Part shown: piece after piece, positions 21,168 through 30,719 of the stretch | Numbering within the stretch: the first letter of the stretch is position 1 | How the letters are laid out: each line of letters opens with the position of its first letter | Sequence record: NC_070987.1 | DNA from: Escherichia phage MN05 | Direction: 5' to 3' (one strand) | Length of the DNA stretch: 64,000 nt | Notes under the pieces: generated by a model | The model's database searches: none | The model's input: only the letters and a program-made list of their open reading frames with translations | What the model was told of the DNA's origin: nothing | Program-made: the position numbers and the translations under genes

Positions 21168-21335
21168 TTATGTTATGTTATAAATTCGCATGATTGTACC
21201 ACCATTGGCTTCAATAGCAGCAACCATTTGGTTTCGTTCTTCATCCGTGTAAACTAACACACTTCTAAACTCACCTGTTGCATCAGTATAAAGGATGTTA
21301 TATTTTGGAGGCGGTTTACGGTAAATACCTTCCAT
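21168..21335 (-). CDS. Hypothetical protein
   Basis: Track ORF 21168..21362 (GTG start) trimmed to ATG 21335 with SD GGAGAAAGAG. Confidence 0.4.
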   Translation of the reverse strand: MEGIYRKPPPKYNILYTDATGEFRSVLVYTDEERNQMVAAIEANGGTIMRIYNIT

Positions 21336-21518
21336 CACTCTTTCTCCTCTCGTTCTTTCCACAGTTCAGCAAGTTCTAAATAAAACTCAGCTTCATCAGG
21401 ACGTCCTTGTTCATTACAGATGGCGCTCTGACGATAACACCAATCCGATGGCATCTCTTCCACTTCAATCTCCTTGTTACGAACCAATCAATAAGAATAG
21501 TTCATTCGTCTTATTTAT

Positions 21519-21710
21519 TCACTCTACCAATGCAGGTACTTCTATCCTTTTAACTGTGAATGACTTGTTTGGAAACTTTCGAACTAACTCTGCTGCTTTG
21601 GTTATTGCTAAGTTCTCTGTCTCAAAGATACACAGTTGACCATTTAATGCTACGAGAGTGGAGCCACCACTGTAGATGGCCCAAGATTGATAATAACTAC
21701 GAACACTCAT
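21519..21710 (-). CDS. Hypothetical protein
   Basis: Track ORF. Confidence 0.4.
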   Translation of the reverse strand: MSVRSYYQSWAIYSGGSTLVALNGQLCIFETENLAITKAAELVRKFPNKSFTVKRIEVPALVE

Positions 21711-21718
21711 AACTCACC

Positions 21719-22141
21719 TTATTTAATCTTAAAGTCTTCTGTTTTTATTGAAGCCCGAGATCCAGTTACAACACTCCCATCTTCGAGCAATTTTCCAAAA
21801 GTGAAAGATTTCTTATCTAAAACCAGATCTACTGGAAACCTCCACAACCCTGTATCGTGAACAACTATCAGTTCGTCAAAATCATCTCTAGTGTATTCCC
21901 TGACAGAGAAGTCAGTCGGCTTCCCTTGTAGCCGTATCTGCAAATACGTCCCATGTTTTGTGGGATTTTCAGAAGCCTTCTTTACTTGCACTTTTATAGT
22001 CTCAGAGTTTTTACTAGCTATAAAATCACATTTACTTTGAGGCATTATTGGGGTGTATATTTCATACCCCTCCTCAATATAATACACCTGAGCAGTTAGT
22101 TCTGCTAACATCCCAATTCTGTGGTTCTCACTTCCACTCAA
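21719..22141 (-). CDS. PD-(D/E)XK-type nuclease-like protein (tentative)
   Basis: E...D(F)...Q-V-K arrangement resembling restriction-endonuclease-fold nucleases. Confidence 0.3.
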   Translation of the reverse strand: MSGSENHRIGMLAELTAQVYYIEEGYEIYTPIMPQSKCDFIASKNSETIKVQVKKASENPTKHGTYLQIRLQGKPTDFSVREYTRDDFDELIVVHDTGLWRFPVDLVLDKKSFTFGKLLEDGSVVTGSRASIKTEDFKIK

Positions 22142-22151
22142 AATTGATCTC

Positions 22152-23996
22152 CTAGTGAGTATTCATCCAATTTAATCCAATCTGACAATCAGAAGCCAGA
22201 GGACATTCCATATTCAAATACTCACCAGCCTTCTTAACACAAAGCTCGGTGTGCTCTTTGAGTTTCTGTACATCGTTACGATTAACTGAGAATTGACCTT
22301 CATCGTGCATATCAATTACCTTAGCACAACGAACTCCATCCCTCTCAATCCACTTGTTTAGGAACATCATAGCATATTTCATAACAACAGCACCAGCACA
22401 TTGCAGGAGTGTGTTAAGAGCTTTATGAACCATAACTTTACCAGTTGCATCTCGTCTCATTGTAATCTTACGACCATCAACACCAATCAAGTATCCCTGA
22501 GCAGCCTTTTCTGTCATACGATCAATGAGGATTGCAATACATGGGTTCTCTGCCAAGAAACGTGCCCGCATCACTGAACCTTCGTCAGCCCCACCACCCA
22601 CAATTGAACCGAGCTTAGCATCACCAGCACCATAGTTGAATGCGTAGATAAATGTCTTAGCGTTGTCGCGAGTAGGAAGACCAGCAAGTTTCTGGTTGTG
22701 GGAGTGGATATCACCTTCAAGGAGAATATCACGATACATAATAGCAGAAGCTAAACCACGTTCTGCCAGAGCTTTCTTAGCTGGGTTGTTCTCTTCGATT
22801 GCCTCAGCAAGCATATCCCTACACTCTTTAATGAGGTAGTGAGCGAGCATACGAAGTTCAAGTCCAGAACCATCATACCCTAAGAATACTTCTTTACCAG
22901 CGGGTATGTAATATTTGTAAGCACCTACAGGTTTGTCTTTCTTCCCCGGCTTACCTTTCTCATAAATTACGTTAGTACCTTTTCGTATATAACAACCATC
23001 AGGAACAACGTTAGTAATAACGAAAGGACGAGAGTGATCACTGTCTGAGTTATAGTCAGACTCAAACAAACTGCGACACTCATGACCAAACAAACCACGG
23101 GAGGGAATATTAACCACGATACGATGTTTGAATCGAAAAGTCGGCGTAGCGCAGCTGTTAGCTTCTGCCGAAAGTTTACCATCTTCGCGTTCCTTTGCTA
23201 TGAGTCCACTGATAAGACCTAGCCTGTGAGCCGCTACAACGCGCCTCTTAAGCAAACTTCCGACACTCCCTAGCTCACCCCCTAACCCCTCTTCAAGAGT
23301 CTCCTCGAGGTTTGTAGGAGCTGTAGGCCACTTGTTTGAGGTAGCTAGTGCTATCTTAATCTCATCAAAAGTGATAGGTCTACGTCGGTTAGGGTTTAAA
23401 CCTAAACCAAACACATAAGCCTTCATATAGTTCTTAGTTTTAAACCTAAAATGCTTCTCTAAGAACTTCCTAATATCAGCGTCAACCATCTCGGCTGTCT
23501 GTTTCTTTTTAGCATTACCTTGTATCCAAGCTGAATACCACGCTTGATATGTTCCATACTTTCTTATATCTTTCTTAATTTCAAAAGTATTCCAAGGTTT
23601 CTTTGATACGTTAAACTCTGGAGGAAGAAAACCCTCATCCATAAGGGCTTCTTTAACTCGTGCATCTTTCGATGGGTCAAAGTCTACGTACTCTACACAG
23701 GTGAAAGCTCCACCAATGTCTTCTCTCTTCAGCCCAACCCTATCACAATAGGCTTGAGGCCACTTCTGTAAAGCTCCAGACTTCTTAAACGGCTTCATGT
23801 AAGTAGAGCCATCTAATCTCATCTTAGGTAAGAGAGGAATCAACTCTCTGTCAATATTAACAATAATCTCTTTAAGGAGGTGAACATACCACCGAGCATT
23901 TCTTCGGTTGAAACTCACTCCGTGCTTTGCTTGCTTAGAGATTATATCAGCGACAGTCATCTCTGTCAAAAATGGAAGAGCGTCCGGGTTGCTCAC
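22152..23996 (-). CDS. Family-A DNA polymerase, polymerase domain only
   Basis: Motif A DGSGLELR, motif B RDNAKTFIYAFNYGAG, motif C HDE; GTG start with SD AAGGAG; no 3'-5' exonuclease domain in this ORF. Confidence 0.8.
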   Translation of the reverse strand: MSNPDALPFLTEMTVADIISKQAKHGVSFNRRNARWYVHLLKEIIVNIDRELIPLLPKMRLDGSTYMKPFKKSGALQKWPQAYCDRVGLKREDIGGAFTCVEYVDFDPSKDARVKEALMDEGFLPPEFNVSKKPWNTFEIKKDIRKYGTYQAWYSAWIQGNAKKKQTAEMVDADIRKFLEKHFRFKTKNYMKAYVFGLGLNPNRRRPITFDEIKIALATSNKWPTAPTNLEETLEEGLGGELGSVGSLLKRRVVAAHRLGLISGLIAKEREDGKLSAEANSCATPTFRFKHRIVVNIPSRGLFGHECRSLFESDYNSDSDHSRPFVITNVVPDGCYIRKGTNVIYEKGKPGKKDKPVGAYKYYIPAGKEVFLGYDGSGLELRMLAHYLIKECRDMLAEAIEENNPAKKALAERGLASAIMYRDILLEGDIHSHNQKLAGLPTRDNAKTFIYAFNYGAGDAKLGSIVGGGADEGSVMRARFLAENPCIAILIDRMTEKAAQGYLIGVDGRKITMRRDATGKVMVHKALNTLLQCAGAVVMKYAMMFLNKWIERDGVRCAKVIDMHDEGQFSVNRNDVQKLKEHTELCVKKAGEYLNMECPLASDCQIGLNWMNTH

Positions 23997-24012
23997 TTTA
24001 TACTCCTTTAAA

Positions 24013-24435
24013 TTATTGGTAAATCAAATCCGTAAATGCTTGATTGTCTTCTATCACATCTAACACGGTAGCTTCATAACTGTAAGCCCTAACCGCCCCG
24101 TTAACAACTATCCGAGGAGTAGGTGGAGGTGGTGCATGGTTAGCCCTAGCTTCACGAGGTTGCTCTCGTACTAGATGAGCCACAACTCTTTGGTTAGCGA
24201 CTTCTTCTCTTTCTCGGATAGCTCTCTGAATGTAAGCTAACTTCATGCCCCAAGCTTCTTCAAACTCTTGAGGGTGTTTATCGCTGATAACTACATACTG
24301 ACGCTCTGGATTACCTGCCCTGATATCTGACAATAGCTCGTGGAATAAATCAAGTTCATGCTCAGTGAGACTTTCTTCAATATCATCCCACTTGAGAACT
24401 AAGAAACGGTTTTGGTGTCTAGCTGGTAATGGCAT
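24013..24435 (-). CDS. Hypothetical protein
   Basis: Track ORF. Confidence 0.45.
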   Translation of the reverse strand: MPLPARHQNRFLVLKWDDIEESLTEHELDLFHELLSDIRAGNPERQYVVISDKHPQEFEEAWGMKLAYIQRAIREREEVANQRVVAHLVREQPREARANHAPPPPTPRIVVNGAVRAYSYEATVLDVIEDNQAFTDLIYQ

Positions 24436-24598
24436 TCTACTTCACCTCTACTCTAACGTAAGTTCTCTCGCCAACATCATCTTTCCAGACCCATGCCTTA
24501 GCATCTTCTTCAGACTTAAAAGCTTTCACAACGCTGTATCCACCTTCCCATTCATCACCGAACCAGCGCTGTCCTACGTAAACATATTCTTTCATTAT

Positions 24599-24883
24599 TT
24601 AACCTTTTGGGAATGGCATTAAAGATTCCATAGCATTTTTGATATCGCTATTGATTCGTTCATCACGGTAAGAGATAAACTTACCTTTGCTATCACGTAA
24701 CATCACATGAGTTCTTGCTGTTTTATGTGGAAGTAATGTGATACTTTTTGGGATGGTGTTAAGTTCTACAGAGTAGCTATCAATAGTCTTGCTCTCGGTT
24801 AACAGGTAAGACCAAGTACGTGGTTTCTGCTCTGGGCGATTTGGGTATGTGTCTCGAATCTGAACCATAGCTAACTTATTCAT
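24599..24883 (-). CDS. Small protein, paralog pair D (1 of 2)
   Basis: C-terminal TART.V.LR...GKFISY...PFPKG shared with 24885..25136. Confidence 0.5.
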   Translation of the reverse strand: MNKLAMVQIRDTYPNRPEQKPRTWSYLLTESKTIDSYSVELNTIPKSITLLPHKTARTHVMLRDSKGKFISYRDERINSDIKNAMESLMPFPKG

Positions 24884-24884
24884 A

Positions 24885-25136
24885 TTAAACTCCTTTAGGG
24901 AATGGGATGAGGTTTTCTACTGCAACACGGAACTCTTTCTCTACATCTTTATTCTTATAAGAAATGAATTTACCATCAGCACCACGTAGGATTACGTTAG
25001 TACGAGCTGTTTTTGGGTTATGACTAATCTGGTTTGCAATGATATTAGCAATGCCGTGATTATTGGTGAACTTCCATTTAACCATACGATTGTTAGACAT
25101 TACATCAATGATATTTACAGATTTTACAATAGACAT
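24885..25136 (-). CDS. Small protein, paralog pair D (2 of 2)
   Basis: Tandem paralog of 24599..24883. Confidence 0.5.
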   Translation of the reverse strand: MSIVKSVNIIDVMSNNRMVKWKFTNNHGIANIIANQISHNPKTARTNVILRGADGKFISYKNKDVEKEFRVAVENLIPFPKGV

Positions 25137-25204
25137 ATTTATTACCTAAGAAGTTTAATTTGGTTTATATAAAAGAAAAGGCCACCCATTTGGGTAGCCT
25201 TATA

Positions 25205-25522
25205 TTACGATGAGCTTAAAGCTCCTTTTCGTGCTCCAGCCGCTTTTCCAGCTCGATTACCACTTTTGCCGCCGTTTGAACGGTTTGAGCTGACTGATTC
25301 AACACGTAAGTTGCTTGACGCATTAGAGCCTCCAGACTTGACAGCTCGTTTGTGTCCAACATCTTTACCTCTGACAGCAGCTTTTCCATCGCGCTTTTCA
25401 ACGATGCGACGTGCACGGTGGCGCTGAGCATCTCCGCTCTTGCTCCCAACGCCTGTTTCACCACGGGCAATTGCGGTACGTCTTTCTTGTGCATAATCTC
25501 TCTTTCCTACATGGTCTGCCAT
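25205..25522 (-). CDS. Highly basic Gly/Lys/Arg-rich protein
   Basis: Strong SD AAGGAG 6 nt upstream; preferred over the fully overlapping alternative frame 25216..25494. Confidence 0.5.
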   Translation of the reverse strand: MADHVGKRDYAQERRTAIARGETGVGSKSGDAQRHRARRIVEKRDGKAAVRGKDVGHKRAVKSGGSNASSNLRVESVSSNRSNGGKSGNRAGKAAGARKGALSSS

Positions 25523-25578
25523 TTAAAACTCCTTAATATATCAGTGTACACTAAGGAGTATACATTATAAGTTACTGT

Positions 25579-26316
25579 TTAAGCTTTCTTTTCCATTGCT
25601 TTAACAATCGCCTTACAGAAACCAGAACGAACAATGTCATCTGATTCCCCATCTACAATCTCAGCAAACTCATACAGATCATGTTCATCAATAAAGTTAG
25701 TAGCCCAAGTAAGACCACTCTCACGACCACGCATATCATGCTGGTTAGTATCACCCATGCAGAACAGTTGAGAGGTTTCTCCCAATCGAGTCATGATTGA
25801 GAAGGCTTCATCTTTAGTGGTGTTCTGGAACTCATCAACAATAACAATAGCATCATTGAAAGAACGACCACGGAGATATTCCAGAGGTACGAACTCAATG
25901 TTACTGTTACCGAGCTGGCATTCATAGAACCCCTTACCGTATCGCTGAGTAATAACATCAATGATAGGCATCAGGTAAGGTTCAAACTTCTCGCGCATTC
26001 CTCCCGGAAGTAACCCAAGAGAGTTACCCATGCCGACCGAAGGGCGACTCAGAATGATCTTCTGAATCTTACCGCTCTTCAGTGCGTCAATAACTGTGGA
26101 AGTGATTACAAAGGTCTTACCACAGCCCGCAGGAGCGTCTGTGAACACAACTTGTTTAGTCTTAATAGCATTGAGTAGCTCAGACTGAAACTGGTTCTGA
26201 GGGACTACAGGCTTTGCTAAAACCACCTCTTCAAACTCTCGCTTACCTTTACGAGTAACAAGTGCTTCCCGACGAAGGTCTTTCCGTGATTCTTTCCGTG
26301 ATTGACGACGACTCAT
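25579..26316 (-). CDS. phoH: PhoH-like ATPase
   Basis: Walker A APAGCGKT, LSRP, GLLPG and DEFQN motifs co-linear with PhoH. Confidence 0.8.
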   Translation of the reverse strand: MSRRQSRKESRKDLRREALVTRKGKREFEEVVLAKPVVPQNQFQSELLNAIKTKQVVFTDAPAGCGKTFVITSTVIDALKSGKIQKIILSRPSVGMGNSLGLLPGGMREKFEPYLMPIIDVITQRYGKGFYECQLGNSNIEFVPLEYLRGRSFNDAIVIVDEFQNTTKDEAFSIMTRLGETSQLFCMGDTNQHDMRGRESGLTWATNFIDEHDLYEFAEIVDGESDDIVRSGFCKAIVKAMEKKA

Positions 26317-26510
26317 TTACGCTCTCCAATTTCTTCGTAATGACACTCAGTAGTTAAACAATCTTTACAGATTGCTGTGTAAACCCTGACGTTAGTAAAT
26401 CGTTTGTTCTTCCCTTTGGTTGGAGAGCCTTTGGCAAGCTCTCTGATAACCTTGTTACTTAAATGAAGGTTTGTTCCTTCACATCTAGAGCACTTCACCA
26501 CAATGTCCAT
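26313..26510 (-). CDS. Zinc-ribbon protein
   Basis: CxxC...CxxC; ATGA overlap. Confidence 0.4.
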   Translation of the reverse strand: MDIVVKCSRCEGTNLHLSNKVIRELAKGSPTKGKNKRFTNVRVYTAICKDCLTTECHYEEIGERK

Positions 26511-26695
26511 TCAGTAAGAGACCACAGAGAGTCACCTATGTTGGCATTGTCATTCCTGATGAGGTCTTTGATTTTATCAACATCAGTTAAGTGAGTCACA
26601 TTCAAAATATCCTCAACATCCGGGGCATATTTAAATATGGCAACAATACTGTTGTGATCTTCAGCATATCTTTCTAGAACATAAACTACGCTCAT
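26495..26695 (-). CDS. Hypothetical protein
   Basis: Track ORF. Confidence 0.4.
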   Translation of the reverse strand: MSVVYVLERYAEDHNSIVAIFKYAPDVEDILNVTHLTDVDKIKDLIRNDNANIGDSLWSLTEWTLW

Positions 26696-27015
26696 GCGAC
26701 GTTAACCTCTTTATGAAGTCTGTAAACGGCTGTCGCCATACAAGCAACAGCCTCATTGTGTGGGAGATGCATACCTGTAGAACCATCCCAATCTCTGAAC
26801 TCATTGTCAAAGACTCCGGTAGGCTCTGGATACAAGGCTTGCAACTCAACCAAATCATTAGCAACTTGTTGCCATTTATCATCAGACCAGATAGGGTCAT
26901 CCAACCAGTAATACAAATAGGAATGGATGATCAATTGCCTTCTATGCCGATTAATTACTTCAGCGGGACTTATCTCACTTCCATTTGAAGTCCTAAATGT
27001 ATTACTGTCAATCAT
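26692..27015 (-). CDS. Hypothetical protein
   Basis: Track ORF. Confidence 0.45.
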   Translation of the reverse strand: MIDSNTFRTSNGSEISPAEVINRHRRQLIIHSYLYYWLDDPIWSDDKWQQVANDLVELQALYPEPTGVFDNEFRDWDGSTGMHLPHNEAVACMATAVYRLHKEVNVA

Positions 27016-27197
27016 TTCACAACCTTAAATTTGAATGTTGTTGGGTGATAATAGTGCAACCTGTTAATGGTGTGCTTTGTTTCAAGATATATCCTACAAG
27101 AGTGACACATCACATGATTTAGACCAGTCACAGGATTGGGCTTAAAGTTGGCGATAGGCTTCTCTTTCTTACAGAAGCTACAGATCTTCTTTTCCAT
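27012..27197 (-). CDS. Zinc-finger protein
   Basis: Track ORF 27012..27266 trimmed to internal Met to reduce overlap with 27178..27411; CxxC...CxxC. Confidence 0.35.
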   Translation of the reverse strand: MEKKICSFCKKEKPIANFKPNPVTGLNHVMCHSCRIYLETKHTINRLHYYHPTTFKFKVVK

Positions 27198-27411
27198 CTT
27201 TTCTCCAGTGGTCAACGAATTGCTGAAACACTTTATGGTCGAATGTGAAACCGCTAGCAATTCCACACTCTACGAAAGTAGAAGGCATATAGTCTATATC
27301 ATCTTTAGATGTATGACCATAAACTTGAATAAGCTTTTTAATCTTATCCTTCTCTCTTCGAGGAAGCATTCTAAATGCCTCCTGAATATCTGTAATATGT
27401 TTGATTTTCAT
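27178..27411 (-). CDS. Hypothetical protein
   Basis: Track ORF. Confidence 0.4.
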   Translation of the reverse strand: MKIKHITDIQEAFRMLPRREKDKIKKLIQVYGHTSKDDIDYMPSTFVECGIASGFTFDHKVFQQFVDHWRKDGKEDL

Positions 27412-27423
27412 CAGAAATTCCTG

Positions 27424-27558
27424 CTAATCCTCTGAGTTGTGGGAACAGCAATATTCACATACTCCACAACAAGGGCAGATTTCTACACTTGGGTCATATG
27501 CATCATCAACTGTCATCCCACACTTGGTGCAGAACACATCGTCATCTTCTTCCAACAT
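27424..27558 (-). CDS. Cys-rich small protein (44 aa, below the track cutoff)
   Basis: SD GGAGAG; ATG overlaps the ThyX stop (TAATG). Confidence 0.35.
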   Translation of the reverse strand: MLEEDDDVFCTKCGMTVDDAYDPSVEICPCCGVCEYCCSHNSED

Positions 27559-28214
27559 TAACTCTCCAAAGTTTTCTTCAGAGCTGCCCACGAGATTGGG
27601 TAGAGCTTAGCCATCTCTTCATCCAGAGATTGAGCAAACACTCGAACTTCATATTGAGCGTGAGAGGAAAGTCGCTGACGACACAACTCAAACCAGCCAT
27701 ACAAAGAACCAGTCCACACCCACTCAGTGATCATCCCCTGAGGAAGAACAAATCGAGCTTGCTCTGGTGCAACAAATTCAATCAACTTATCATATGCTGC
27801 TAGAGAGGCTTCATATGCATCGTTAATCAACATTAATGCTTCAGCTCGTTCTCCATTGATGAGTTGAATCCCTGAACCTGCATGGAGGTCCGAAGGTCTC
27901 GCAAAAATCTCTTTAGGGATGAAGACTTCAACTGCTCCATCTTTATACCGCCGGGACATTTCGTTCCACGAGAATCCAACCTGATGCTTGCCCAACTGTC
28001 TCGCAATTGCGATAGGTGCTTTGCATCGGAAACTGACTTGCGGGTGTCGGAATGGGGTAACATGCTTCTCTCTTGCGAGGAAGTTGATGAGACGTTCATC
28101 ACGTTCATTTAAATCACCTTCACGGGTTACGCCAAAGGAAACTCGAGCTGCGTTTACTACGCTACGATCACTTCCCATAGCTTCGATTAATGTTGCTTGT
28201 AATTGTTCATTCAT
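27558..28214 (-). CDS. thyX: Flavin-dependent thymidylate synthase ThyX (divergent signature motif)
   Basis: Co-linear with ThyX (AARVSF...TPF.H...KAPI.IARQ...S....SRRY...SHAQ); the RHR motif position reads KHQ. Confidence 0.75.
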   Translation of the reverse strand: MNEQLQATLIEAMGSDRSVVNAARVSFGVTREGDLNERDERLINFLAREKHVTPFRHPQVSFRCKAPIAIARQLGKHQVGFSWNEMSRRYKDGAVEVFIPKEIFARPSDLHAGSGIQLINGERAEALMLINDAYEASLAAYDKLIEFVAPEQARFVLPQGMITEWVWTGSLYGWFELCRQRLSSHAQYEVRVFAQSLDEEMAKLYPISWAALKKTLES

Positions 28215-28229
28215 CCGTGAATTTCCTTA

Positions 28230-28445
28230 TTAATATTCCTTGATTGGAGAAACTACAAAACCACCCAGAACTGACATATGGGATTGTCTTAAACTTACCG
28301 TATTGACAGGCATTGGTACAACTTTTAAAGCTTTCTTGAAACGACGAGCCTCTTTTCTGGTCTTAAAGTTTTCTGAAAAAGGGACTGGATTGTCCCCCAC
28401 GTAATACACCACTGTCCAGAAATATTTAATCTTTTCCATATTCAC
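28230..28445 (-). CDS. Small protein, family B (TRKEAR..KK motif)
   Basis: Shares the TR(K/E)EAR..KK core and C-terminal Y with 30301..30916. Confidence 0.45.
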   Translation of the reverse strand: MNMEKIKYFWTVVYYVGDNPVPFSENFKTRKEARRFKKALKVVPMPVNTVSLRQSHMSVLGGFVVSPIKEY

Positions 28446-28717
28446 TTAACACCTAAAGCTGTGTCCAAAAATGCTTTCAGGTTTGCTTCAGTCTGCATAC
28501 CAGAGAGGCTGTAATGTGCACCACTGTTACGATCAGGCACAACGAAAGCAGGGATGCTTCGTACACCATACTTAACAGCTTGCTCACGACCATCACCTTC
28601 AAGGATGTTAATCTCTTCCACTTCTACATCAAACTCCTTAACAACCTTCTCAAAGGTAGGAGCCATTGCTTTACATGGAGCACACTGATCACTATAAAAC
28701 TTAATTACTTTACTCAT
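28442..28717 (-). CDS. Thioredoxin / glutaredoxin-like protein
   Basis: CAPC active-site motif in thioredoxin-fold context; track ORF trimmed to ATG 28717 with SD AAGGA. Confidence 0.6.
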   Translation of the reverse strand: MSKVIKFYSDQCAPCKAMAPTFEKVVKEFDVEVEEINILEGDGREQAVKYGVRSIPAFVVPDRNSGAHYSLSGMQTEANLKAFLDTALGVK

Positions 28718-28907
28718 TCTATTCCTTGTTAATAAACAGGTTGATATGACGCTGGGTAGCAGGAACAACAATAAAAGATTTATACTGACCTTTTGCTAGG
28801 TCATGAGCAATCTTCTTTGTCTGACCAAGACCCATCACACAGCCACTAACGATAATGGCATGTGCTTGTAATTCTTCAGGTAGGTTTAGTTTCACTCTTT
28901 GGATCCC

Positions 28908-29093
28908 TTATAGCATACAAAGAATAATAACAAGAGGTAGTGTTATAGCAAAATGTACCAGAACAACACTACCTAGCTTGATAGCTTTAACATCCTCTTC
29001 TGCTGGGTTTTCTTTAATTGCTAAATTTCGAGCTTTATATATAACAGTACCAACTATTAACGACCACACGGCCCACACAATCAGTGAAATCAT
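28908..29093 (-). CDS. Small membrane protein, pair E (1 of 2)
   Basis: Two predicted transmembrane segments. Confidence 0.45.
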   Translation of the reverse strand: MISLIVWAVWSLIVGTVIYKARNLAIKENPAEEDVKAIKLGSVVLVHFAITLPLVIILCML

Positions 29094-29102
29094 ATCAAAC
29101 CC

Positions 29103-29282
29103 TTATGCAGTCAGGAGGTGAAGCAGGAATGGGATAACAACAGCTACGATAACCATGATAGTTGATGCTGTTTGAATCTCACCTTTCTTATCAGGAGTTT
29201 CTTCAATAAGCTTACCAGAAGCCCAATAAATACCACCACCAATAAAGATAGCCCAAATACCCCATACGATTGCTGATAACAT
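29103..29282 (-). CDS. Small membrane protein, pair E (2 of 2; 59 aa, below the track cutoff)
   Basis: Paralogous N-terminus (M.S.IVW..W....G..IY) and two transmembrane segments; replaces the alternative-frame track ORF 29144..29416. Confidence 0.4.
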   Translation of the reverse strand: MLSAIVWGIWAIFIGGGIYWASGKLIEETPDKKGEIQTASTIMVIVAVVIPFLLHLLTA

Positions 29283-29342
29283 ATATCTATATCCTTATAA
29301 ATAAGTTCGCCCCACCTCGGGTTAGGAGACAGGGCGGAGGTT

Positions 29343-29906
29343 TTAGTAAGACACGTCACCACTTGAATGGGACATGTTGCTCTTGACGAAGTAGCAATAC
29401 TTGCCAAGACCTTCATTAATTTCTTGAAGCATACTCTGATCGACAGGGTAGGTGGCTAAATCGCCATCAAACTCATCCATCTTCTCAATAATACACATCA
29501 AGGTCATGCACATATCAGAGAGCATACCGTCCATATCCAGATCAGCATTACCCTCTGAGAACCAAGCATGAGAGATGTAGTTAGCTGCTGTAGCATCCAC
29601 TTTAACACAGTGGTAACGCATACGTTCAGCAATACGATCTCCTACCTGTCGTGCGTAATCTTCCAGCTCATCAAACATACCATGAACACCCTGAAATCCT
29701 GCACCAGAGACGTTCCAGTGATAGTTTTTAGCTTTGATATGCAAGAGTTCCATGTTAGCTTGTAAGCAGCTCAGGATGTGTTCTAGGCTATTTCCGCTAA
29801 TCATGCCTTGCATCGTTTCAAGGCGAGAGATTGAAAGCTCAGACCGGTCTAACATGTTATATTCTGCACGACCAATCTCAGGTAAATCAAAGACATTCTT
29901 ATGCAT
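29343..29906 (-). CDS. dps: Dps / ferritin-like protein
   Basis: KNYHWNVSG...FQGVHGMFDE...ARQVGDRIAER matches the Dps ferroxidase-centre helices; start trimmed to ATG 29906 with SD GGAGA. Confidence 0.65.
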   Translation of the reverse strand: MHKNVFDLPEIGRAEYNMLDRSELSISRLETMQGMISGNSLEHILSCLQANMELLHIKAKNYHWNVSGAGFQGVHGMFDELEDYARQVGDRIAERMRYHCVKVDATAANYISHAWFSEGNADLDMDGMLSDMCMTLMCIIEKMDEFDGDLATYPVDQSMLQEINEGLGKYCYFVKSNMSHSSGDVSY

Positions 29907-30228
29907 TTGGCTTTTCTCCATCAAGTTCAACTGAATTAGCAACGTTACGTTCCAGATTGTCAATTACCTGCTGGGTAATTACGATGCAGTTCTGTGGGTC
30001 TACTGACTTAGAACGCCCCATTTCAGGGTCATACACCTTAACTCGCTTAGCAGTTGAACCTGTAACCTGAAGAACCTTCAACAGATACCCCTGATTACCA
30101 ATAGACCAAGCAACAACATCACGATTCTTGATAAAGCGACCAAGCATATCACGATGATAAAACTGTTGCATCACCTTGGATTTTGTAATCTCTTCAGTGG
30201 GCGGGGCCACTTTACTCAAATCTAACAT
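29899..30228 (-). CDS. Hypothetical protein
   Basis: Track ORF. Confidence 0.45.
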   Translation of the reverse strand: MLDLSKVAPPTEEITKSKVMQQFYHRDMLGRFIKNRDVVAWSIGNQGYLLKVLQVTGSTAKRVKVYDPEMGRSKSVDPQNCIVITQQVIDNLERNVANSVELDGEKPNA

Positions 30229-30300
30229 AACTCTCTCCTGTAAAATACAAATTCTTATTGTACTCTATATACATTTGAGAGTTATCATATCTACTACCAA

Positions 30301-30510
30301 TCAGTAGTAAATTACTTTAGACATAAAAGAACCAGTGTTAGGGTCTTCATACCAGCGATGTATGTCAGCGCTTTTTACTATTGTGCCCAGAGTCTTCAAC
30401 TGTTTCTTAGCAATACGAGCCTCTTTGCGAGTGTCAAACAATTTGATGCTATCTTTTCTCATGTGTTGCTCAAGATCCCAAACAACATGAATAGCCCACA
30501 TCTTTTTCAT
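30301..30510 (-). CDS. Small protein, family B
   Basis: FDTRKEARIAKKQLK...VIYY. Confidence 0.5.
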   Translation of the reverse strand: MKKMWAIHVVWDLEQHMRKDSIKLFDTRKEARIAKKQLKTLGTIVKSADIHRWYEDPNTGSFMSKVIYY

Positions 30511-30719
30511 TAGTAATGCACCTTTCCGCTGATATAAACACGACCAGAAGAATACTCCTTGGCCTTATGGATACTGATACTATTGACCACGTCACCAGTA
30601 AGCATAGTCTTTTTAAAATCTCGAGCTTGTTGGCGAGTGGGTAGTGCAGTCATAGTCATGCCACCTGATGCCCACTTAATCTTTGCTAACCAAAATTTTC
30701 TCATAGTGATTGGTCTCAT
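30510..30719 (-). CDS. Small protein, family B
   Basis: LPTRQQARDFKKTML...KVHY. Confidence 0.5.
   Translation of the reverse strand: MRPITMRKFWLAKIKWASGGMTMTALPTRQQARDFKKTMLTGDVVNSISIHKAKEYSSGRVYISGKVHY

Noticed and set aside
25216-25494. Alternative-frame ORF fully overlapping 25205..25522
   Set aside because: Only one frame can be primary; 25205..25522 has a strong AAGGAG SD at ideal spacing and its start abuts the intergenic gap.
29144-29416. Track ORF of 90 aa
   Set aside because: Overlaps the start of the Dps gene and the better-supported membrane-protein paralog 29103..29282 in another frame.
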